A DNA stretch of 64,000 nt from Squalus acanthias. Taxonomy: Eukaryota. Of this stretch, positions 38,675 to 48,111 are shown in pieces. A program made the translations under genes and the position numbers. Positions within the stretch are counted from its first letter, which is position 1. Each line of letters opens with the position of its first letter. The stretch spans positions 139,440,001-139,504,000 of the forward strand of contig CM059432.1 in assembly GCA_030390025.1 (NCBI GenBank), given 5' to 3'. The notes under the pieces are model-generated. The model was given only the letters and a program-made list of their open reading frames with translations. It was not told where the DNA came from and searched no databases.

Positions 38675-38856
38675 TCTATTTATAAAGCCCAGGATCTGTT
38701 ATGCTTTTTTTTTTAAAACAACCTTTGAGAAGAGCACATTATTAAATGGTGCAGCAATGTTAATAAGTAACAGAATTCACAATGCCTGAAGGATTCCCCT
38801 TGCTGCTGAGCAGAAACCAAGTTAAAGCTGCTCTGCCCCACTGTGGTGGAAAAGAA

Positions 38857-39672
38857 TATAAGAACATAAGAAATAGGAGCAGGAGCAGGCGTAGGCGTTA
38901 CGACCCCTCCAGCCTGCTCCACCATTCAATAAGATCATGGCTGATCTTCGACCTCAACTCCACTTTCCCGCCCTATCCCCATATTCCTCGATTCCCTTAG
39001 TGTTCAAAAATCTAGCAATCACTCAATGACTGAGCCTCCACAGCCCTCTGGGGTAGAGAATTCCAAAGATTCACAACCCTCCGAGTGAAGAAATTTCTCC
39101 TCATCTCAGTCCTAAATGGCCGACCCCTTATCCTGAGACTATGCTCCCTAGTTCTAGACTCTCCAGCCAGGGGAAACAATCTCTCAGCATCTACCCTGTC
39201 AAGCCTTCTAAGAATTTTATACGTTTCAATGAGATCACCTCTCATTCTTCTAAACTCCAGAGAATATAGGCCCATTCTACTCAATCTCTCCTCATAGGGC
39301 AGCCTCTCATCCCAGGAATCAATCTAGTGAACCTTCGTTGCACCCCCTCTAAGGAAAGTATATCCTTCCTTAGGTAAGGAGACAAAAACTGTACACAGTA
39401 TTCCAGGTGTGGTCTCACCAAAGCCCTATATCATTTCAGCAAGACTTCCTTACTCTTGTACTCCAACCCCCTTGCAATAAAGGCTAACATACCATTTGCC
39501 TTCCTATTTGCTTGCTGTACCTACCTGTTAACTTTCTGTGATTCGTGTACAAGGACCCCCAGGTCCCTCTGCACACCAACATTTACTGGTCTCTCATCTT
39601 TAAAAATTTCTGCTTTTCTATTCTTCCTACCAAAGTGGATCATTTCACATTTCACCACATTGTACTCCATCT
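38857..39672 (-). mobile_element. CR1 3' fragment
   Basis: ORF 39012-39284 and tail. Confidence 0.9.
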
Positions 39673-40087
39673 AATATGTTCAGGTACTGCCCCCCTGCTG
39701 GTTATTTTTACAAGGTAACTAAAATTAATTCACTGGAAGAATTATTACCATTCTAATAACGTATTTAATTTGAAATTTTTGTTCTGATTCCAATCATAAT
39801 TATTCAGTTTCTAGGTGTATTTGGTTAGGTGTCAGACCTGGCTCAGTGGGTAAGCACTCTTGCCTCAGAATCAGGAAGGTTGTGGGTTCAAATCCGACTC
39901 CAGCACAAAATCTGTGCAGTGCTGAGTGTGCGTGCTGCTTTTTGGCAAATTTACTACTTTGGTGCCTGAACCAATATTACTCTGTTCAGGACGATAATTA
40001 AGCCTTTATGGGGAAAAAAAGGAATTTAGTAAAATTCTTGTACCTTCAAATAAGAAAATGTACACTTTATTTTCAAACTGCACTTAC

Positions 40088-40187
40088 CATCTTTTGATCG
40101 TTTGATATAAAAACAGCATACCATTCTTCCAAAGGATGCTGTCTTCTGTTCTTTATGTATTCACAAAGCTTCCACACGTTTTCTTCA
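40088..40187 (-). CDS. NTAQ1: NTAQ1 exon 2
   Basis: tttcag|T GAA...ATG|gtaagt; (C)[33 protein letters not shown]. Confidence 0.96.
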
Positions 40188-40284
40188 CTGAAAAACACAT
40201 TTTAAGATAGAAGAATGGTAAAAGATCCTTTGCTTAAATATCTGGCATTTTTTTCTTTTTAAATCAAATGTTGGAAGTTGAAAT

Positions 40285-40812
40285 GTTCTGGGCATCACAG
40301 TTCAGGAAAGATGTAAAGGCTTAGAAAGGGTACAGAGGAGGTTTACCAGGATGTTACCAGGGATGAGGTACTTCAGTTATGTGGAGAGGTTGGAAAAGTT
40401 AGAACTATTCTCCTTGGAACAGAGGAGGGTAAGAGGTGACCTAATAGAGGTTTTCATGATGATGAGGGGTTTTGATAGAGTAGAGAGAGAAAAACTATTC
40501 CCTCTGGCGAGTGGGTCAATAACCAGAGGTCACAGATTTAAAATCATTGGCAAAAGATCTAGAGGGGAGATGAGAAGAATTTTTTTCACTCAGGAGTTAT
40601 TGGGATCTGGAACGCTCGACCTGAGATGGCGGTGGAAGCGGATTCCATAAATAATTTTAAAAGGCAGTTGGACAGGTACTTGAGAATGAGGAACTTGCAG
40701 GGTTAGGGACAAAAAGCGAGGGTGTGGGACTGAGCACGACTGCTCTTTCAAAGAGCCAGCACAGGCACGACGGGCCAAATGGCCTCCTTCTGTGCTGTAA
40801 GTTTCTATGATT
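40285..40812 (+). mobile_element. CR1 3' fragment
   Basis: ORF 40351-40650. Confidence 0.87.
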
Positions 40813-41496
40813 CAAAGTGCAGACTTTGTTTTCACTTCCTTTCTTAAAGGCGCTGCACTCATGGCTGGGGTAGGTCTCCAGAGGTGCTGGTAGGCCTTTG
40901 GTACCTCATCCAAGTGGCCATTCTTCATCACGTGTGAGCTTTGACAATGCCAGCAGGCTATTTTACCCAGGGGTACATGACCAGAGCAGAGCCTGGACCG
41001 GTCTTTATACACGTGGACGTCAGATACACTGTCTGGAAAGAGTGATTATAAAGAAAGACAAGGAATCTGCAAGATGGAGTTTGTAAGCTAGCAGTGAACT
41101 GCTGAATGTACGTAAAACTGTTTCCAATCATAATAAATTCAGCTGCGTCTCCTTTATCATTTGATGCTGCAGTAGAAATGCCAACAATATTATATAAGGG
41201 CAACAAAGTGTTTTGGTCAGTGACAATGGCAGGTCAGTAACATTAAAGGCCAGTGTGGATATAACCAACCTTTTAATTCTAAAAGCCAATTAAGAATAAT
41301 CCTTCAAAGAAAAAAAACACACCTTTCCAACATTTCTATATATTCCCAATTTCAGCTCAGAACAATGTCGTAGGAACAGAAGGATCAATAGCAACAACAC
41401 CCGCAGATCTTCCAGTGGCTGGTTACAGAGTAACTTTAGGATATGGGCTGGGGAAGGTTGGGGTGGGAGAAGGGGAGGCACAAGGGAGACCAATAC

Positions 41497-41968
41497 AAGA
41501 AGAAAGAAAGAAAGACTTGCATTTATATAGCGCCTTTCACGACCACCGGACGTCGCAAAGTGCTTTACAGCCAATGAAGTACTTTTTGAAGTGTCGTCAC
41601 TGTTGCAATGTAGGAAACGCAGCAGCCAATTTGCGCACATCAAGCTCCCACAAGCAGCAATGTGATAATGACCAGATAATCTCTTTTAGTGATTGAGGGA
41701 TAAATATTGGCCAGGACACTGGGGATAACTCCCCTGCTCTTCTTCGAAATAGTGGCCATGGGATCTTTTACATCCACCTGAGAGAGCAGACGGGGCCTTG
41801 GTTTAACGTCTCATCCGAAAGGCAGCACCTCCGACAGTGCAGCACTCCCTCAGCACTACACTGGAGTGTCAGCCTAGATTTTTGTGCTCACGTCCCTGGA
41901 GTGGGACTTGAACCCACAACCTTCTGACTCAGGGATGAGGGTGCTACCAACTGAGCCACGGCTGACAC
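41497..41968 (-). mobile_element. DeuSINE, full length (NTAQ1 intron 1)
   Basis: Same family, (CTTT)n tail. Confidence 0.88.
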
Positions 41969-42063
41969 TCAATAGGAAGGGGTGAGATATCATTTTACTT
42001 TAAAATAAAAACTGAAACTGATCCATCGCGGTCAAGATCAGGCGACCGATAGGAGTGACATTT

Positions 42064-42805
42064 ATAGAATCATACAGCACAGGACGACATTCGGCCCATC
42101 GTGCCTGTGCCAGCTCTTTGAAAGTACCATCCAATTAGTCCCACTCCCCCCCTGCCGTTTCCCCGTAGACCTGCAAATATTTCCTTTTCAAGTATTTACC
42201 CCATTCTTTTTCGAAAGATACTAGCGAATCTGCTTCCACCGCCTTTTCAGGCAATGCACTCCAGATCATAACAACAACAACAACAACTTGTATTTATATA
42301 GCGCCTTTAACGTAGTAAAACGTCCCAAGGTGCTTCACAGGGGTATTATAAGACAAAAAATTTGACACTGAGCCACATAAGGAGAAATTAGGGCAGGTGA
42401 CCAAAAGCTTGGTTAAAGGAGTAGGTTTTAAAGGAGCGTCTTAAAGGAGGAAAGAGAGGTAGAGAGGCGGAGAGGTTTAGGCAGGGAATTCCAGAGCTTA
42501 GGGCCTAGGCAACGGCAGGCACGGCCACCGATGGTTGAGCGATTATAATCAGGGATGCTCAAGAGGGCAGAATTGGAGGAGCGCAGATACCTCGGGGAGT
42601 TGTGGGGGCTGAAGGAGATTACAGAGGTAGGAAGGGCCGAGGCCACGGGGAGGGATTTGAAAACAAGGATGAAAATTTTGAAAGCGAGGCGCTGCTCAAC
42701 CGGGAGCCAATGTAGGTCAGCGAGCGCAGGGGAGTTAGGACACGGGCAGAGCAAAGTTTTGCATGACCTCAAGTTTACATAGGGTGGAATGTGGGAGGCC
42801 AGCCC
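42064..42805 (-). mobile_element. CR1 3' end (42064-42270) abutting an L2-like 3' fragment (42271-42805)
   Basis: LADLHWLPV...KLWNSLP with (TTG)n tail. Confidence 0.83.
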
Positions 42806-42972
42806 ACATAGGTTTCTTCACAAAAAAAAAGTACACCGATTACAATTCAAATAAAACTATGTTTAATGTTAGGAAAGTTACATCAAAATATTTGAAATTT
42901 TAACCCACAATAAGTGAGACCATCTCTCTCCACAGGAGGGGAGGGGGGGGGGACTTGGCAGGGCCTGCTTAC

Positions 42973-43067
42973 CAGTAACAGCTGGTATACGCACAATCCT
43001 CCTTTACAATGGCTGAGATCTGCCATTTACCGCCTGGCTCTAACCTGTCGGGGTTTGGGGTACTCAT
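42973..43067 (-). CDS. NTAQ1: NTAQ1 first coding exon
   Basis: ATG at 43067; MSTPNPDRLEPGGKWQISAIVKEDCAYTSCY+TG|gtaag. The six exons sum to 630 nt (209 aa + stop) with consistent phases. Confidence 0.9.
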
Positions 43068-43239
43068 AACAACTTGGTGGAGGGGGGGGAGGAGGAACAG
43101 AACTGCCAAACAAACTAAATTTAATCTTTTTTCTTTTTTTTTTAAAGAAAAGAACTGCTTCAAAAAAGCGACTTGCACAGACCAGAAACCAGTGTGATTC
43201 CTCTTGTCGGATCCATCGACCAGAGGGAATAATTTTTAT

Positions 43240-43400
43240 TTGAAAAGCCGGAGGAGGTTAGCGGTTGCACACAATCGCACTGCCCCGCCCACCCAATGAC
43301 GTAAGGCGAGGCGAGGTGAGGCGCGGCGGGCTGCGCGCGCACACTACAGTAGCATCCGCAAGGCTGAGTCTTTGCATGTCGCAGACGCCTTTTTTTTTGT
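43240..43400 (-). promoter_or_regulatory. Probable NTAQ1 promoter (small CpG-rich patch)
   Basis: GC box 43283-43290, CCAAT 43293-43297, CRE-like TGACGTAA 43297-43304, about 220 nt upstream of the ATG. Confidence 0.65.
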
Positions 43401-43525
43401 TGCAAAGCTCCTGTTTGATTTCAACGCGTGTTCAGTGATTTTACTGGCGCTTCTGCAGCACTAAACCACCGTGCACGTTCATCGTTTAGGAATATATACA
43501 TAAGAATTGCATTAAATTGATAAAT

Positions 43526-43986
43526 GTGTCAGCTGTGGCTCAGTGGGCAGCACACACTCGGCCTCTTGAGTCAGAATTGTTGTGGGTTCAAGTCCCACTC
43601 CAGGGACTTGAGCACATAAAAGCTAGGCTGACACTCCAGTGCAGTGCTGAGGGAGTGCTGCACCGTCATTCGGTATGAGACGTTAAACCGAGGCCCCGTC
43701 TGCTCTCTCAGGTGGGTGTAAAAAAAGATCCCATGGCACGATTTCAAAGAAGAGCAAGTTATCCCTGGTGTCCTGGCTAATATTTATCCCCCAACCAACA
43801 TAACAAAAACAGATTATCTGGTCATTATCACATTGCTGTTTGTGGGAGCTTGCTGTGCGCAAATTGGCTGCCGCGTTTCCCACATTACAACAGTGATGCC
43901 ACTTCAAAAAGTTCTTCATTGGTTGTAAAGTGCTTTGAGACGTCCGGTAGTCGTGAAAGGCGCTATATAAATGCAAGTCTTTCTTT
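43526..43986 (+). mobile_element. DeuSINE
   Basis: Same family. Confidence 0.85.
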
Positions 43987-44002
43987 AAATGGGGTTCCTT
44001 CA

Positions 44003-45056
44003 TGTCTTTTTCAGGATGGCAGGCTGTGACTAGTGGGGTACCGCAAGGATTGGTGCTTGGGCCCCAGCTATTCACAATCTATATCAACGATTTGGATGAG
44101 GGGACTAAATGTAACATTTCCAAATTTGCTGATGACACAAAGCTAGGTGGCAGTGTCAGTTGCGAAGAGGATGTGAAGAGGCTTCAAGGGGATCTCAACA
44201 GGCTCAGTGAGTGGGCGAGAACATGACAGATGGATTATAACGTGGATAAATGTGAAGTTATCCACTTTGGTAGAAAAAACAGACAGGCAGAGTATTTCCT
44301 AAATGGTGAAAGATTGGGGAATGCAGATGCTCAAAGGGACCTGGGTGTCCTTGTACATGAGTCACTGAAAGTGAATGTGCAGGTGCAGCAAGCCATTCGG
44401 AAGGCAAATGGTATGCTGGCCTTCATTACAAGAGGATTTGAGTACAGGAGTAAAGAAGTCTTACTCCAATTATATAGGGCCTTGGTGAGACCACACCTGG
44501 AGTACTGTGTACAATTTTGGTCTCCTTACCTAGGAAAGGATATACTTGCCATAGAGGGAGTGCAACGAAGGTTCACGAGATTGATTCCTGGGATGGCGGG
44601 ACTGTTGTATGAGAAGAGATTGAGTAAACTAGGCCTGTATTCTCTTGAATTCAGAAGAATGAGAGGGGATCTCATTGAAGCATACAAAATTATTACAGGG
44701 CTTGATAGGGTGGATGCTGGGAGAATGTTTCCCTTGGCCGGGAAGTCTAGAACCAGGGGCCACAGCCTCAGGATAAAGGGTAGGCCATTCAGGACTGAGA
44801 TGAGAAGAAATTTCTTCACACAGAGTGTGGTGAATCTTTGGAATTCTCTACCCCAGAGGGCTGTAGAGGCTCAGTCATTGGGTATATTCAAAACAGAAGT
44901 CGATAGATTTCTGACTAGTAAGGGCATCAAGGGATATGGCGATAAGGCTGGTGAATGGAATTGAGGTAGAAGATCAGCCATGATCTTATTGAATGATGGA
45001 GCAGGCTCGAAGGGCCGAATGGCCTACTCCTGCTCCTATTTCTTATGTTCTTATGT
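44003..45056 (+). mobile_element. CR1 RT/3' fragment
   Basis: ORFs 44002-44226 and 44230-44964 are separated by one stop; the 3' part is nearly identical to 21749-22203. Confidence 0.92.
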
Positions 45057-45360
45057 TTACATACAATTAATTAACTGCATCCTCTGTCCCCACTGCTCTA
45101 TTTTGGTCTGCAAATTTTACAGCCAACAAGTACTTTCTGCATCAGGGTTATGTATAGATAAGAAACAACTGGAGTCCGATCCCTGAGATACTGAAAATAA
45201 AATAGAAGGCCAAGCCAAATACAAGGAGCAGCACAACCAGATTCAGACGGATTTGGATATTTTAGAAAACTGAGCTACTAGCAGATGCAGTTCAGAGTGG
45301 ACCAGTGCAAAATAGTTAGTATGGAAACAAGGACCCAACAGACCTGGAGGTAAATGACAC

Positions 45361-45985
45361 AACAACAACTTGTATTTATATAGCGCCTTTAACGTAGTAA
45401 AACATCCCAAGGTGCTTCACAGGAGTATTATAAGACAAAAATTTTGACACCGAGCCACAGAAGGAGAATTTAGGGCAGGTGACCAAAAGCTTGGTCAAAG
45501 AGGTTGGTTTTAAGGAGCGTCTTAATGGAGGAAAGAGAGGTAGAGAGGCGGAGAGGTTTAGGCAGGGAATTCCAGAGCTTAGGGCCTAGGCAACAGAAGG
45601 CACGGCCACCGATGATTGAGCGATTATAATCAGGGATGCTCAAGAAGGCAGAATTAGAGGAGCGCAGATATCTCAGGGGGGTTGTGGGGCTGAAGGAGAT
45701 TACAGAGATAGGGAGGGGCGAGGCTATGAAGGGATTTGAAAACAAGGATGAGAATTTTGAAACGAGGCGTTCCCTAGCCAATGTAGGTCAGCGAGCACAG
45801 GAGTGATGGGTGAACGGGACTTGGTGCGAGTTAGGACACGGGTAGCCGAGTTTTGGATCACTTCAAGTTTACGTAGGGTAGAATGTGGGAGGCCAGCCAG
45901 GAGACCGTTGGAATAGTCAAGTCTAAGGTGGTAAAGGCACGGATGAGGGTTTCAGCAGCGGATGAACTGAGGCAGGGGCGGAGAC
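45361..45985 (-). mobile_element. L2-like 3' fragment
   Basis: Same family as 42271-42805, (TTG)n tail. Confidence 0.85.
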
Positions 45986-46000
45986 TGGAGACAGGGGAGG

Positions 46001-46414
46001 GATGCTGAAATCTGAAATAAAAACAGAAAATGCTGGAAATACTCAGCAGGTCAGGCAGCATCTGTGGAGAGAGAAACAGAGTTAACGTTTCAGGTCAATG
46101 GCCTTTCATCAGAACTGGAAAAAGTTGGAGATATAACAGTTTTAAGCAAGTGCAGAGACAGGGAAAAGGGGAGGGGAGGAAAGAACAAAAGGGAAGGTAA
46201 CAAGGTAAAAGAGACAAATGGAAATCCTGCCAGAGAGAAGGGCAGAACTTCTTCAAGGTGGGCATTCCTGGAAGAGAAGTGCAAGTGAATTAAACACCAA
46301 TACAAAAGCAAAATACTGCAGATGCTGGAAATCTGAAATAAAAACAGAAAATGCTGGAAATACTCAGCAGGTCAGCCAGCATCTGTGAGGAGAAAAACAG
46401 AGTTAATGTTTCAG
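46001..46414 (-). mobile_element. Penelope-like element remnant (second family), two direct pLTR-like repeats
   Basis: gatgctg(g)aaatctgaaataaaaacagaaaatgctggaaatactcagcaggtcag...gtttcag at 46001-46093 and 46321-46414; hammerhead core adjacent to the first. Confidence 0.72.
46080..46116 (-). ncRNA. Minimal type I hammerhead ribozyme motif
   Basis: AGTT-CTGATGA-A-AGG-CCATTGA-CCT-GAAA-CG-TT-AACT; palindromic AACGTT stem III. Confidence 0.7.
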
Positions 46415-46492
46415 ATGCAAAAATAGTTAGTATGGAAACAAGGACCCAACACAGACCTTGAGGTAAATGACACAGCATATCGATGAAGGAAT

Positions 46493-46912
46493 AGAAAGAC
46501 GTACTTGCATTAATATCGTGCCTTTCACAACGTCAGGACATCCCAAAGTGCTTTACAGCCAATTAAGTATTTTTTAAAGAGAAGTCGCTGTTATAATGTA
46601 GGTAACGCGGCAGCCAAATTGCGTACAGCAAGGTTCCACAAACAGCAATGTGATAATGACCAGATAATCTACTTTAGTATTGTTGGTTGAGGGATAAATG
46701 TTAACTACAACTCCCCTGATCTTCTTCAAAATAGTGCTGTGGGATCTTTTATGTCCACAAGAGAGCGCAGACGGGGCCTCGGTTTAACGTCTCATCTGAA
46801 AGACGGCAATTCCATCAGTGCAGCACTCCCTCAGCACTGCGCTGGAGTGTCAGCCTAGATTTTTGTGCTCAAGTCTCTGGAGTGGGACTTGAACCCACAA
46901 CCTTCTGACTCA
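46493..46912 (-). mobile_element. DeuSINE
   Basis: Same family. Confidence 0.85.
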
Positions 46913-47070
46913 TCGAATAGATTGGTTATGGGAACAAAGCATCAGCCCACTGTTAGATTACACTGAAAACGAGCAGTCAAAAGATACTTGAAAGGGGATT
47001 AAAAACATACAATATTGGTGTATGTCACACAAATTGGACAGCTTCTGGGGCACAGTATTCAGTACCATAA

Positions 47071-47236
47071 AGTAGAATCATAGATTGAGTCGGTACAGAA
47101 GGAGGTCATTCGGCCCATCGTGCCTGTGCCGGCTCTTTGAAAGAGTTGTCCAATTAGTCCCACTCCCTCCCCCCTGCTTTCCCCACAGCCCAGCAAATTT
47201 TTCCTCTTCAAGTATTAATCTAATTCCCTTTTGAAA
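47071..47236 (-). mobile_element. CR1 3' end
   Basis: Similar to 42064-42270. Confidence 0.8.
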
Positions 47237-47389
47237 TCAAGAACTCATTAATATGGCTGCTGAGTGGGTGGGTGTGAAAATGCATCTACTCTATACTTCT
47301 TAGGCACTATACTCTATAGTGATGAGCAGCAATATTTGCTACCCAAATTTGCAGCAACACTCACAACCCTTCAATCCAAGTCAGCAGGC

Positions 47390-47946
47390 TCCCCACGTGC
47401 CTTTCAGTTTTAACCACGCCCCTGTCTATTGCGTCACACGATGTGTGTTTACCGAGTTCTGATTGGTCCGCTGTGACGCAATTACGCCTCTGTCGCGATC
47501 ACGTGACACGAGGCGGCGGCGGATTCGCTGGAATGCCGACCAATGGTCAGCTAGGTTGCTTTTCGGCTTCCGGCAATTTGGAAGTGGTGGTGGTGGTTGT
47601 TGTTGTCGCACTCCGCGCTGCAGGAGGAGATTAAATCCAGGCGCTTGATACCCACCTTCCTGCCGTCAGATTTGTATTTGGTGATATTGGATGCTGATTC
47701 TGCGTGCCGTGACAGCTCGTAACGTCGGAAAGAGTCAGGATAGCAGCGGGACTCTTTTAGCTGGCGGAAAGGAGCCCAAAGAGCGCGGCGCGGAGAGGCG
47801 CGCGGGAAAGTTCTGGCGCCAGAATCTCCGGCGGTTGGGAGCGCGCGAGGCGGAGCAACGGCTGGCGGAGCGCGCGCTGACCGTGGGCTCGCGGGACCGG
47901 AGCCGGACCGCCATTGCCAGGGATTGTCCGCCTCCCTCACTCCACC
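47390..47946 (+). promoter_or_regulatory. ATAD2 CpG-island promoter / 5' UTR
   Basis: High CpG density; E-boxes (CACGTG ~47394, TCACGTGA ~47499), CCAAT boxes (~47461 reverse, ~47540), E2F-type GCGGGAAA 47802-47809 and palindrome TTCTGGCGCCAGAA 47811-47824. Confidence 0.8.
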
Positions 47947-48063
47947 ATGGTGATGCTGAGGAGCGGCGTGTCCGTCACTCTGGACTCCAGCTCCGAGTTC
48001 ATCGCCCTGGAGAAAAGTGACAGCTCGTCCCCCTCCGACCGCAAGAGAGGCCGGGCCGAGCCG
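47947..48063 (+). CDS. ATAD2: ATPase family AAA domain-containing protein 2, first coding exon
   Basis: Kozak CCACCATGG; MVMLRSGVSVTLDSSSEFIALEKSDSSSPSDRKRGRAEP|gtaagt resembles the ATAD2 N-terminus (MVVLRS...LDLSSDFLSLE); synteny with NTAQ1 and FBXO32. Confidence 0.83.
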
Positions 48064-48111
48064 GTAAGTCAGCGGCGATCACTCGACCGGAGGCGGGGGG
48101 TGGGGGGGTGT

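Larger units (their letters stand above)
37990..38715 (-). mobile_element. Degenerate CR1 3' fragment hosting the Penelope-like insertion
   Basis: WNALPERPVEADS; host sequence tctatttataaagcccaggat is interrupted at 38472. Confidence 0.75.
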
